Assembly (NCBI GenBank): GCA_043808785.1
Contig: JAZDEL010000006.1
Span: 81,831 to 113,830, forward strand
Length of the DNA stretch: 32,000 nucleotides
Direction of reading: 5' to 3'
Source: Candidatus Iainarchaeum sp.
Lineage (GTDB): Archaea > Iainarchaeota > Iainarchaeia > Iainarchaeales > JAZDEL01
Below the pieces are notes generated by a model, which was given only the letters and a program-made list of their open reading frames with translations, made no database searches and had not been told where the DNA came from. The position numbers and the translations under genes are program-made. How positions within the stretch are numbered: the stretch's first letter is position 1; each line of letters starts with the position of its first letter. Of the stretch, positions 8,771 through 17,692 are shown piece after piece.

Positions 8771-9817
8771 TCAGAGCGACTTCAGCTTCCTCCTGTGTTT
8801 CGTGTAAAGCGCGTAATCGATGTACTTTTTCTCCTTTACCATTTCAAGCACAGGCACCTTCGCCCTTCTCCCCGGGATGTTCCTTGTGGCAGTAAATGAG
8901 AACGCATCGCTTCCCGCCCCCGAACCGTAACTTACCGCAAGAATTTTCTGCTTCGGCTTTGCAACATCAAGAATGCTCGCCAGGCCCAGCATTGTTGAGC
9001 CCGAGTATGTGTTGCCTATTATGGGCGTTACCAGGCCCTGCTCCAGCCTCCCCCTTTCCACGCCCAGAATTTTCCCCGCGCGCAAAGGAAACTTCCCGTT
9101 GGGCTGGTGGAAAACCACGTAATCGAAATCCGAAACCTTCTCCCCCGTCCTGTTCAGCAGCCCCTTTGCGGCGCCAACCACATGCCTGAAATATGCCGGC
9201 TCTCCTGTGAAACGCCCCCCGTGCTCGGGGAACTCCGCGTGCTGCCTCCTCCAGAAATCGGGCGTGTCAGTTGTGAATGAAAATGTGTCATTAACCCGCG
9301 CAATAATTTCCTTCGGCTTCCTGCCGATTATTATCGCCGCCCCGCCGCTCCCCGCGGTGTATTCAAGCGCATCACCGGGCTTCCCCTGTGCAGTGTCCGC
9401 GCCTATAGCCATCCCGTACTCTATCATTTTGCTCTCGCAAAACCCTATGCACATCTGCACCCCCGCAGTGCCGGCCTTGCACGCAAACTCCAAATCCGCA
9501 GCCATGTACTCGGGCGCTGCGCCTATCGCGTCCCCGACAATTGTTGATGTGGGCTTCACAGCATAAGGGTGGCTCTCGCTCCCCACGTAAAGCGCCCCTA
9601 TTTTGATTGCATCAATCTTCGCGGTTTCCACAGCGCGCCTTGCCGCTTCCACAGAAATGGTTGCGCAGTCCTCGTCATAGGCGGCAACAGCCTTCTCCCT
9701 CACCCCCAGGCCCGCGCTTATGCGCTTTCCGTCCTTTTCCCAGACGCGCGCTATATCCTCGACCGCAATCCTGAACTTCGGCACATATGCGCCGTAACCC
9801 ACAATTCCGCAATCCAT
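8771..9817 (-). CDS. HMG-CoA synthase (archaeal type)
   Basis: MDCGIVGYGAYVPKFRI...DEDCATISVEAARRA...DLEFACKAGTAG (active-site Cys)...VFHQPNGKF...NTYSGS. Confidence 0.9.
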   Translation of the reverse strand: MDCGIVGYGAYVPKFRIAVEDIARVWEKDGKRISAGLGVREKAVAAYDEDCATISVEAARRAVETAKIDAIKIGALYVGSESHPYAVKPTSTIVGDAIGAAPEYMAADLEFACKAGTAGVQMCIGFCESKMIEYGMAIGADTAQGKPGDALEYTAGSGGAAIIIGRKPKEIIARVNDTFSFTTDTPDFWRRQHAEFPEHGGRFTGEPAYFRHVVGAAKGLLNRTGEKVSDFDYVVFHQPNGKFPLRAGKILGVERGRLEQGLVTPIIGNTYSGSTMLGLASILDVAKPKQKILAVSYGSGAGSDAFSFTATRNIPGRRAKVPVLEMVKEKKYIDYALYTKHRRKLKSL

Positions 9818-9842
9818 ATGCCCACCGGTTATTAATGTTCAA

Positions 9843-11144
9843 TTAACCTCTCTTTTTATTCTCTTTCCTTTCCCCCGCGGGTTTTGCCGCCTTCTTTCGC
9901 AGATTGACGAGAATTTCCGCTGCGTTATCCGCGGATATCCTGCCGCATTTTGCCATTTCCCCCGCAACCTTCTCAATTTCCCCGCCTTTTGCCCCCGCTG
10001 CAACCGCAACATTCTTCGCATGCAGCCCCATGTGCCCTTTCTGTATCCCCTCCTTCACAATCGCGCGGTTTGCGGCAAATGTCTGCGCAAGCCCGACAGC
10101 GCAGCACACCTCCGCAAGCTCCTTCGCGCTTTTAATTCCCATAATTTTCAATGCAATTTTTGCAAGAGGGTGAGTTTTTGTCGCCCCCCCGACAATTCCC
10201 AAAGCGAGCGGCATTTCCATTTCCCCCGCCAAATCCCCCGATTTGGTTATGTAGAAGTTCTGCAGTGCCCTGTATGTTCCGTCCCTCGCGGCATAGGCAT
10301 GCGCCCCGGCCTCCGCAGCGCGCCAGTCATTGCCCGCAGCAATCAGCACGGCATCGATGCCGTTCATAATCCCCTTGTTGTTCGTGCACGCCCTGAAAAC
10401 ATCCGCCTGCGCAAGCGCGCTTGCATCCGCGATTGCCTCAACCAATTCGCCCCCCAATTCCTCCTTTTTCCACACCGCGCACGCCTTTACGGTGCGGTGT
10501 ATCGCATAATTGCTTATTATTTTAAGGCGCGCCCTGCCGCCTGCCAACCTCTCCAATTCGGGCGCAATCCTCTCGCACATGCTGTTCACGGCATTCGCGC
10601 CCATCGCATCGCCGCAGTTCACGAGGATGTGCATAACCAGCATCTTCCCGCGCTGCGTTTCCACTTCGCGCAGCTGAATTTCCTTTGCGCCTCCCCCGAA
10701 TTTCAGGAGGACAGGGTCGCAGGAATTTGCTGTTTTGAGCAGTGAGGCGGAATTTGCCGTTATCTCGCGCTCCGCCTTCCCGAAATCCTTAACCCCCACC
10801 AGCTGCACCTGCCCTATCATAATCGGTTCGCTCGCCTCCGCCTTGAACCCCCCCAAAGCGCGCGCCAATTTTGCCGCGTTGGAGGCGGCGGCAATAATGC
10901 TCGGCTCCTCGGTAACCATGGGCACAAGATAATCCTTCCCGTTCACGCGGAAGTTCGTCGCAACCCCCATAGGCATTCCGTAAACGCTCACCGCGTTCTC
11001 CACCATCCTGTCCGCGGTCTCGAACTCCAGCCCGCCCTTCCCGAGCGCCGCAACCTCATCAGCGCCGAGCGCGGACTCGCGCTTGAGCACATCAAGCCTC
11101 TCCCCGCGCTTCAATTTGTAAAACCCGCTTATGTCAGATTTCAT
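9843..11144 (-). CDS. HMG-CoA reductase, class II (bacterial-like)
   Basis: TADRMVENAVSVYGMPMGVATNFRVNGKDYLVPMVTEEPSIIAAAS and GDAMGANAVNSMCE match the class II pattern. No membrane domain. Lys-rich C-terminal tail (KKAAKPAGERKENKKRG). Confidence 0.88.
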   Translation of the reverse strand: MKSDISGFYKLKRGERLDVLKRESALGADEVAALGKGGLEFETADRMVENAVSVYGMPMGVATNFRVNGKDYLVPMVTEEPSIIAAASNAAKLARALGGFKAEASEPIMIGQVQLVGVKDFGKAEREITANSASLLKTANSCDPVLLKFGGGAKEIQLREVETQRGKMLVMHILVNCGDAMGANAVNSMCERIAPELERLAGGRARLKIISNYAIHRTVKACAVWKKEELGGELVEAIADASALAQADVFRACTNNKGIMNGIDAVLIAAGNDWRAAEAGAHAYAARDGTYRALQNFYITKSGDLAGEMEMPLALGIVGGATKTHPLAKIALKIMGIKSAKELAEVCCAVGLAQTFAANRAIVKEGIQKGHMGLHAKNVAVAAGAKGGEIEKVAGEMAKCGRISADNAAEILVNLRKKAAKPAGERKENKKRG

Positions 11145-11170
11145 TTAATGCACCCTTTGCCAAGCAGCAG

Positions 11171-11893
11171 TCACGCACCATCAGTAAGCACCTTCAGCCC
11201 CGCATTTTCCAGCAGTTCCTTTGCAGCACACATCTCACTATTTGTAGGGGCTCGAACTCCTTTTAAGGGGAATTTCAGCCCTATCTCCGTCCATTTCCTT
11301 TCGCCGAGCGCACTGTAAGGCAGCAGTTCAACGCACTCCAGCATTTCAAGGGTTTTCGCAAACTCCGCGAGCGCGGCAATATCCGCTTCGGCATCCGTGA
11401 AGCCCGGAACAACCACATAGCGCAGCCTTACGGGCCTGCGCGCCGCGGCAAAGCGTATGTTCGCGAGCGCCTCCCCGTTGCTCCTGCCCGTTATTTCGCG
11501 GTGCCTTTTATCGTCCATATGCTTCACGCTGCACATGAACAGGCTTGTGTAAGGCAGCACGGTTTCGACCGCGGACCTGTCCGCGTACATGCACGAATCC
11601 AGCGCGGTGTGTATTCCGCGTTCGTTGCAGCGCCTCATCACTTCGGCAACGAACCCGGCCTGCATAAGCGGCTCGCCCCCGGAGAAGGTAACGCCGTTTA
11701 TGTACCGCACGCTGCGCTCTATGCCGAGGAACAGTTCCGTTGCAGACATCTTCTTCCCGCCCTTCCCCGCCGCAACATCTATGTTCTGGCAGAACTTGCA
11801 CCTGAGGGGGCAGCCCTGCATGAAAATAACATAGCGCCTTCCCGGGCCGTCAAGGGTGCCGAAACTTTCGACAGAGTGGACCAAACCCTGCAT
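11171..11893 (-). CDS. pflA: pyruvate formate-lyase activating enzyme (radical SAM)
   Basis: VESFGTLDGPGRRYVIFMQGCPLRCKFCQNID contains the CxxxCxxC cluster. Lies immediately downstream of pflB. Confidence 0.9.
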   Translation of the reverse strand: MQGLVHSVESFGTLDGPGRRYVIFMQGCPLRCKFCQNIDVAAGKGGKKMSATELFLGIERSVRYINGVTFSGGEPLMQAGFVAEVMRRCNERGIHTALDSCMYADRSAVETVLPYTSLFMCSVKHMDDKRHREITGRSNGEALANIRFAAARRPVRLRYVVVPGFTDAEADIAALAEFAKTLEMLECVELLPYSALGERKWTEIGLKFPLKGVRAPTNSEMCAAKELLENAGLKVLTDGA

Positions 11894-11921
11894 GCGAAAC
11901 CACGCCGCGGTTTTTTTATTT

Positions 11922-14177
11922 TTATATTTTCTCGTGGAACGAGCGGTTAATCACTTCCAGCTGCTGCTCCCTGCTCAGCCTGCTGAAATTCACCGCGTAA
12001 CCGCTAACCCTTATGGTAAGCAGCGGATATTTTTCAGGATGCGCCATCGCGTCCTTAAGCATCTCCCTGTTCAGCACGTTCACATTTATGTGCTGCGCCC
12101 CCTTTGCGAAATAGCCCTCAAGCAGCCCTGCAAGGTTTTCAACGCGCTCATCCGCGCCTTTCCCGAGGCCCTCCGGCACGACAGAGAACGTGTTGCTTAT
12201 CCCGTCAAGGCAGCTACTGTATGGCAGTTTCGCCACGGAGTTGAGCGAAGCCACTGCTCCGCAGCAGTCCCTTCCGTGCATCGGGTTCGCGCCCGGAGCG
12301 AAAGGCTCGCCCGCCCTTCTCCCGTCCGGCGTTGCCCCTGTCTTCTTCCCGTACATCACGTTGGACGTAATCGTAAGTATGCTCAGCGTGTGCTCCGCGT
12401 GCCTGTATGTGGGGTACTTCTTCAGGAACTGGTTAAACCCGACAACGCCCTCCACTGCAATATGGTCCGCCCTAGCATCGTCATTCCCGTAGCAGGGGAA
12501 TTTCCCCTCCACAACAAAGCCTGTTGCTATTCCGCGCGCGTCCCTTACAGGCTTCACTTTCGCATACTTTATCGCGGAGAACCCGTCCGCAAGCACGCTC
12601 AGCCCCGCAAGCCCGAACGCCATATACCTTTTCACCTTCGTGTCGTGCAGTGCCATCTGCAATGCCTCGTAATTGTATTTGTCGTGCATCGCGTGAATTA
12701 TGTTCATTGCCTCCACGTAGTTCTTCGCAACCCAGTCGGCGAGAACCAAAAAGTTGTTCTTGACCTCGTCGTAATCCAGGTATTCGCCCTGCGGCAGAGG
12801 CACCTGCGGCGCAATCTGCTCCCCGGTAATTTCGTCCTTTCCCCCGTTAATCGCGAGCAGCAGCAGCTTCGCCCCGTTGCACCTCGCGCCGAAGAACTGC
12901 ATCTCTTTTCCCGTGCGCATAGCGGAAACGCAGCACGCTACGGAGTAATCGTCCGAAAAATACGCGCGCATCAGGTCGTCGTTCTCGTACTGTATGGATG
13001 AAGTTTCTGTCGAAACCTTTGCCGCAAACTTCTTGAACTCCGCAGGCAGCGCGCTGCTCCAGAGCACGGTTAAGTTCGGCTCGGGCGCAGCGCCCAGATT
13101 GCGCAATGTCTGCAAAAACCTGTAGCTTGTCCTGCTCACAAGCGGCTCGCTGCTTGCCCCGCCAAGGCAAACCGTAACCCAGTTCGGGTCCCCCGCAAAT
13201 ATTTCGCCGTACTCCTTGGGGCGAAGATGCCTTACAAGGCGCATCTTGATTACTATCTGGTCAACCAGTTCCTGCGCCCCGGCTTCGCTTAATTTTCCCG
13301 CGTCCATATCCCGCCTTATGTAAATATCGAAGAACGAATCAGGCCTTCCGAAGCTCATTGCAGCGCCGTCCTGCTCCTTCACCGCGGCAAGGTAAGCAAG
13401 CCAGGCCCACTGCACGCATTCCCGTGCGTCCTTTGCAGGCTTCCCTATATCGAACCCGTACGATTTCGCCATTTCCTTAAGTTCATGCAGTGCCGCAATC
13501 TGGTTAGCAACCTCCTCCCTCAGGAACGGCCCGTTTGCGTCCATCTTCGCGAGATCCTTTTCCTTTTCCCCAATAAGCCTGTCAACTCCGTAAAGCGCCA
13601 CACGCCTGTAATCCCCTATAATCCTCCCCCTGCCGTAGTTGTCGGGCAGTCCGGTTATCACGCCCGCACTCCGCAGTTTCTTTATCCCTTCAGTGTACGC
13701 GTCAAACACGGCATCGTTATGCGTCTTCCTGTGTTTGGTGAAAATTTCCTTAACCTCCGGGTTCAGTTCAACCCCGTATTCCCCGCACGCCTTCTCAACA
13801 AGGCGTATTCCGCCCTTCGGCTTTATCGCCCTTACCAGAGGCTTCTCGGTTTGCAGGCCGACAATAACCTCGAGCCCCTTTTCAATATAGCCGGGCGCGT
13901 GCGAATTTACAGTTGACGGCTTTGAGCAGTCAATCCCAAGCACGCCGCCCTTTTCCGCCTCCTCTTTCAAGAGTCCCAGGCACCTTCCCCAAAGCTCTTT
14001 TGTGCGTTCGCTCTTGCACTGCAGGAATTCCACACTCCCCAAATAAGGCACATGGTTCTTCTGTATGAAATCCCTTACATCAATAGTGCGCCGCCACTGC
14101 CCCGCATTGAAGCCGCGCCATTCACTAACCTCTTCTGCGGAAGCAATTGCCTGCTGTACGTCGTGCCTATTCTGCAT
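11922..14177 (-). CDS. pflB: pyruvate formate-lyase (formate C-acetyltransferase, glycyl radical enzyme)
   Basis: 751 aa. Active-site [22 protein letters not shown] and glycyl-radical motif [11 protein letters not shown] are both present. The N-terminus ([12 protein letters not shown]) is typical of PflB. Confidence 0.95.
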   Translation of the reverse strand: MQNRHDVQQAIASAEEVSEWRGFNAGQWRRTIDVRDFIQKNHVPYLGSVEFLQCKSERTKELWGRCLGLLKEEAEKGGVLGIDCSKPSTVNSHAPGYIEKGLEVIVGLQTEKPLVRAIKPKGGIRLVEKACGEYGVELNPEVKEIFTKHRKTHNDAVFDAYTEGIKKLRSAGVITGLPDNYGRGRIIGDYRRVALYGVDRLIGEKEKDLAKMDANGPFLREEVANQIAALHELKEMAKSYGFDIGKPAKDARECVQWAWLAYLAAVKEQDGAAMSFGRPDSFFDIYIRRDMDAGKLSEAGAQELVDQIVIKMRLVRHLRPKEYGEIFAGDPNWVTVCLGGASSEPLVSRTSYRFLQTLRNLGAAPEPNLTVLWSSALPAEFKKFAAKVSTETSSIQYENDDLMRAYFSDDYSVACCVSAMRTGKEMQFFGARCNGAKLLLLAINGGKDEITGEQIAPQVPLPQGEYLDYDEVKNNFLVLADWVAKNYVEAMNIIHAMHDKYNYEALQMALHDTKVKRYMAFGLAGLSVLADGFSAIKYAKVKPVRDARGIATGFVVEGKFPCYGNDDARADHIAVEGVVGFNQFLKKYPTYRHAEHTLSILTITSNVMYGKKTGATPDGRRAGEPFAPGANPMHGRDCCGAVASLNSVAKLPYSSCLDGISNTFSVVPEGLGKGADERVENLAGLLEGYFAKGAQHINVNVLNREMLKDAMAHPEKYPLLTIRVSGYAVNFSRLSREQQLEVINRSFHEKI

Positions 14178-14200
14178 CCAACTATTGTGCCCCCCGCGGC

Positions 14201-14209
14201 TTTTAAAGG
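14201..14209 (-). promoter_or_regulatory. TATA box (CCTTTAAAA on the minus strand) 24-32 nt upstream of the pflB ATG; implies a leaderless or near-leaderless mRNA
   Basis: Read directly from the sequence. The spacing fits archaeal TATA-to-TSS geometry. Confidence 0.5.
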
Positions 14210-14215
14210 TTTCGT

Positions 14216-14236
14216 CAAAAACCGAAGTATAGTTCG
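14216..14236 (-). terminator. short hairpin (CGAACTATACTTCG) followed by GTTTTTG, downstream of nadK
   Basis: Minus strand reads AACGAACTATACTTCGGTTTTTGAC. An oligo-T tract after the last gene of the unit is typical of archaeal termination. Confidence 0.4.
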
Positions 14237-14272
14237 TTGATTGGCGATATTAACATGGTTAATTTGTGCAAC

Positions 14273-15031
14273 TCAGGCGCGAAGCAAAAGCGCGGGTTCT
14301 CCGCGCCGCAGCAGCACGCTTCCCCGTGCAGGAACCCTTACCTTCCCGTCAATAATAACCTCGCATCCTTTCGTGAATTTTGCCAGGGTTATTTTTGCCC
14401 CGTTACCAACAACAAAAACCTTCCCGCGGTTGAGCATGGAATTGATTGGCACAACCTCAAAAACCCCGTGCTTCGGGTTTATTTTTTTTCCGCCTGCGGA
14501 GTAAGCGTGCGCAGTGCTCCCTGTCGGAGTTGAAACAATAACCCCGTCCGCCCTGTCCTTTAATTTCAATTTCCCGTTCACGCGCAGTTCGTATTCCATA
14601 ATGTGCCCGAATTTTCCTGTCACAAGTTCAACTTCGTTAAGCGCAAGCGCATGTTTCCTGCCGTTAACAACCGGCAGAATCCGCGCGCGTTTTTCGATTT
14701 TATATTTTCCCGCGAGCAGTTTTTCCGCGGCGCTTAGCATCTTTTCCCTCGGCACCCTCATCAGGTTCCCGTGCCTGCCGCAGTTCACCCCAAGCACTGG
14801 CGTGCCGTGCTTCAGTTCCCTGCAGGCGCGAAGCAGTGTTCCGTCCCCGCCGAGCGCGATTGCCACGTCAACCCTGAACGCGCCAAGTTTTTTCCCCTGT
14901 GGTAAAAGTTCCCCGTCAAAAACAAACTTAACCCCGCGCTTCTTCAGGAACGCTGCAAGTTTCTTCGCCTCCGCCCTTGCGCAGGGGTTTTTCCCGCTGC
15001 CGATGATGCCGAGCGATTTAGGCGGTTTCAT
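14273..15031 (-). CDS. nadK: NAD kinase
   Basis: 252 aa with IALGGDGTLLRA and downstream GVNCGRHGNL motifs. ATGA overlap with the upstream ORF. Confidence 0.85.
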   Translation of the reverse strand: MKPPKSLGIIGSGKNPCARAEAKKLAAFLKKRGVKFVFDGELLPQGKKLGAFRVDVAIALGGDGTLLRACRELKHGTPVLGVNCGRHGNLMRVPREKMLSAAEKLLAGKYKIEKRARILPVVNGRKHALALNEVELVTGKFGHIMEYELRVNGKLKLKDRADGVIVSTPTGSTAHAYSAGGKKINPKHGVFEVVPINSMLNRGKVFVVGNGAKITLAKFTKGCEVIIDGKVRVPARGSVLLRRGEPALLLRA

Positions 15032-15618
15032 GGCAAACGCCTCACGAGTTTAGGCTTGAATTTGATGTCGTTGAGTTTGTTTAACACCTCTTTATGTCGC
15101 CTAATTAGCTGTGCCCTCAGGTTTCCGCCCCACAGTTGCTGCGAACTGAACTTTTTTCCTAACTCCCCCAATTCCAGCCTCAGCTCTGGCTCCCTTCGCT
15201 TATCGGGCGGAAGTTTGCCTAATTCCTCAAAGACACGCCAACGCTCCTTGTCAATCGGCGACTGGATGTGTGTTGGTTTGCCCCATGCATCTATCCCGGA
15301 CATGCTTTTGAAGTAGTTCCGCTCCTCCTTTCGCATTGACCCGATGAACTTTCCACTCTTCTCAGGGTTGCCCAGCTCGGTCGGAATATCGCGGCATTCA
15401 AATTTAGCCCCATTGTAGCCGCCCAAAAAAGCGCCGCCTTCTTTGCTATACAGCCCCGAATGAATAATTTTTTTGCCCGTACTCGCTTTAGTGCAAGGGA
15501 TAACAATCCAATCAGGCCTAATCGCCACGATGTTCTTCGTGCATGCCCGCAATTTAGCCGCACATCGTTCATAGTGCAGCCCCTCATCGAACAGCATCAC
15601 AGTTAGCCCTTTTCTCAC
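15028..15618 (-). CDS. hypothetical protein (no recognisable family)
   Basis: 196 aa ORF. Its GTG start overlaps the upstream stop (GTGA), and an alternative ATG lies at 15597. Its stop overlaps the nadK start (ATGA). Codon usage is richer in A/T endings than in either neighbour. Confidence 0.5.
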   Translation of the reverse strand: MRKGLTVMLFDEGLHYERCAAKLRACTKNIVAIRPDWIVIPCTKASTGKKIIHSGLYSKEGGAFLGGYNGAKFECRDIPTELGNPEKSGKFIGSMRKEERNYFKSMSGIDAWGKPTHIQSPIDKERWRVFEELGKLPPDKRREPELRLELGELGKKFSSQQLWGGNLRAQLIRRHKEVLNKLNDIKFKPKLVRRLP

Positions 15619-17009
15619 GTTCCCGCCTCCTCGGCAATCGCCCTTGCAGCAGCCCTGCCGTCCCTGATTGCCTCAATCGCGGTGCGCGGCCCAGTAACAG
15701 CATCGCCCGCAGCATAAACCCGCGCAACGGAAGTGCGGAACTTTTCATCAACCTTTATGTTGCCCTTTTCATCAAGTTCAATCCCCGCATCATTCATCTG
15801 CTGCACAGCCGAAGCCTGCCCGCATGCAATAACCGCCCAACTTGCGGATATTTTTTTTGTTTCCCCAGTAGGCTCAGGCTTCGAGCGCCCGCTGCTGTCA
15901 GGCTTGCCAAGGCGCATGCGCTCGAACAAAACCGCGGTTAGTTTGTTTTTTTCTTTTCCGCCGCCCAGAAATTCCCCGGGTGAGAGCAAAAATTCGAATT
16001 TCACGCCCTCCTTTTTCGCGTGCTCCAGCTCAAGAGCGCGGGAAGGCATCTCCTTTTCGGTGCGCCTGTAGGCAACAACCGCCTCCGCCCCTGCGCGGGC
16101 GGCAACCCTCGCGGCATCCATCGCGCTGTTCCCCCCGCCTATAATCAGAACTGTTTCGCCCTTTTTCAGCTTCAGCCCCCCCCATTTCTCCCCCTGCAGG
16201 AATGCCAGGGCGCCTATTACGCCCTCTGTTCCTTCTCCCTTCGCGCCGAGGCACATATCCTCCCCCGCGCCAATTCCCAAAAACACAAAGCCAAACCTGC
16301 CCAGCAGCGCCTTTACCGAGGTTATCTTCCTCCCCGCCTCGAACATGACGCCCATCTCGCGCAGGTTTTGCACTTCCCTCTCGACAACAATCCCCGCGAG
16401 CCTGAAATCGGGAATCATCTGCCCCGCAATTCCCCCGAACTTTCCCCTCTGCTCGAAAACCGTAACCCCAAAGCCGCGCAGAGCGAGCTCATAGGCGCAT
16501 GCCAAACCCGCAACTCCCGAACCCACAACCGCAACCGAACCAACCACTGCCGCGGTTTTGTTTGTTTTTTTTCCGCCAGCAGCAGCGGAACCAACCGCGG
16601 CGGCGGTTTTGTTTTTGTTTGTTTTTTTTCCGCCCGCGGATTTTGATTTTTTTATTTTTTCCGTTATTTTCTTCCGCTCATACTCGGCAAGGAACTCCTC
16701 CAATTTGCCTATCCTTATCGCCTTCCCCGCCCCTGCAAGCACGCACGCGCCCTCGCACTGCCTCTCCTGCGCGCAGATGCGCGAGGTTATGGAGGGGAAA
16801 GGGTTGACGCCCCTGACAAGCGCGAGCGCAGAGTCAAATTTGCGCTCCGCTATAAGCCGATTCACCTCCTTTATCGGCCTGTGCGCGGGGCAGCCCTGCT
16901 CGCACAGGGGAACAGCACACTGCAGGCAGCGCTTCGCCTCGGCTACCGCCTCTTCCTCGGTGTAAACCCTGCCCGAATTGCAGGTTTTATCCTTATTGCG
17001 CCCGACCAT
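15615..17009 (-). CDS. GltD/SudA/NfnB-like NAD(P)H-dependent FAD oxidoreductase (glutamate synthase small-subunit family)
   Basis: N-terminal Fe-S region CLQCAVPLCEQGCPAHRPI...RICAQERQCEGAC, then Rossmann motifs VAVVGSGVAGLACA and LIIGGGNSAMDAAR, and C-terminal VYAAGD. The ATG at 17009 lies 25-32 nt downstream of a TATA box. The track start at 17030 is GTG. Confidence 0.85.
   Translation of the reverse strand: MVGRNKDKTCNSGRVYTEEEAVAEAKRCLQCAVPLCEQGCPAHRPIKEVNRLIAERKFDSALALVRGVNPFPSITSRICAQERQCEGACVLAGAGKAIRIGKLEEFLAEYERKKITEKIKKSKSAGGKKTNKNKTAAAVGSAAAGGKKTNKTAAVVGSVAVVGSGVAGLACAYELALRGFGVTVFEQRGKFGGIAGQMIPDFRLAGIVVEREVQNLREMGVMFEAGRKITSVKALLGRFGFVFLGIGAGEDMCLGAKGEGTEGVIGALAFLQGEKWGGLKLKKGETVLIIGGGNSAMDAARVAARAGAEAVVAYRRTEKEMPSRALELEHAKKEGVKFEFLLSPGEFLGGGKEKNKLTAVLFERMRLGKPDSSGRSKPEPTGETKKISASWAVIACGQASAVQQMNDAGIELDEKGNIKVDEKFRTSVARVYAAGDAVTGPRTAIEAIRDGRAAARAIAEEAGT
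16536..16634. repeat. imperfect tandem duplication (~45-48 nt units) inside the GltD-like CDS, encoding GGKKTNK(NK)TAA(A/V)VGS twice
   Basis: Plus-strand units are cgaaccaaccactgccgcggttttgtttgttttttttccgcc and cggaaccaaccgcggcggcggttttgtttttgtttgttttttttccgcc. The protein reads ...SAGGKKTNKNKTAAAVGSAAAGGKKTNKTAAVVGSVAVVGSG. Confidence 0.8.
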
Positions 17010-17033
17010 ATACCAAACCTTCCCGCACACACG

Positions 17034-17040
17034 TATTTAA
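17034..17040. promoter_or_regulatory. shared TATTTAA TATA element between the divergent GltD-like (ATG 17009) and DJ-1 (ATG 17071) genes
   Basis: It lies 25-31 nt from each start codon, one on each strand. Confidence 0.45.
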
Positions 17041-17070
17041 CGTTTTCTGCGCACATTATTTCGTGGTTTC

Positions 17071-17586
17071 ATGCCCGCAAAAGGTAAAAAAATCCTGTTC
17101 GTAATCGCCCCTAAAAATTTCCGTGACGAGGAGCTTTTCCACCCCAAGGAGGAACTTGAGAAAGCGGGCGCAGTATGCGCAATCGCAAGCACAAAAATAG
17201 GCGTCTGCAACGGCACGCTTGGCGGAACCGCTGACGCAAAAACCCTTGTCGAGGAAGCCAACCCCGCGGATTTCGATGCAGTGGTTTTTGTCGGCGGCTC
17301 AGGCTCGAGCGTTTATTTCGACGACGAGGATGCGCACAAGCTTGCGAGGAAGTTTGCGGAGCAGGGCAAGGCTGTTGCGGCAATCTGCATAGCCCCGAGC
17401 ACTCTCGCAAACGCGGGCCTGCTGAAGGGAAAGAAAGCGACGGCATACCCTTCCGAAAAAGACAACTTGGTTTCAAAGGGCGCAAAGTTCACCGGCAAGG
17501 GCGTCGAGGCGGACGGAAAAATAGTAACCGCGGACGGCCCCAAGAGCGCCCGCGATTTCGGGAAGAAGATTGCGGCGTTGCTGTGA
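17071..17586 (+). CDS. DJ-1/PfpI family protein
   Basis: 171 aa. KKILFVIAPKNFRDEEL...AVVFVGGSG...AVAAICIAPSTLANAGLL contains the nucleophile-elbow Cys. Confidence 0.85.
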   Translation: MPAKGKKILFVIAPKNFRDEELFHPKEELEKAGAVCAIASTKIGVCNGTLGGTADAKTLVEEANPADFDAVVFVGGSGSSVYFDDEDAHKLARKFAEQGKAVAAICIAPSTLANAGLLKGKKATAYPSEKDNLVSKGAKFTGKGVEADGKIVTADGPKSARDFGKKIAALL

Positions 17587-17692
17587 GTGCCGCGTGAGCG
17601 GGGGAAGCGGCTGCGGAACTGCCGCGAGCATGCGTGCGCACGCCCCAGGCACTCCGATAGCGGAAACAATTTAACCCCTTTCCCCCAACAGT

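Noticed and set aside
11856-13001. 381 aa plus-strand ORF opposite pflB, plus similar antisense ORFs at 6820-7569, 7539-8207 and 10020-10745
   Set aside because: The opposite strand encodes unmistakable PflB, LAGLIDADG, thiolase and HMGR motifs. These ORFs have no features of their own.
16536-16672. CRISPR-like array or the A-rich repeats as spacer-repeat units
   Set aside because: There are only two imperfect tandem units inside a continuous reading frame. There are no regular repeat/spacer periods and no cas genes in the window.
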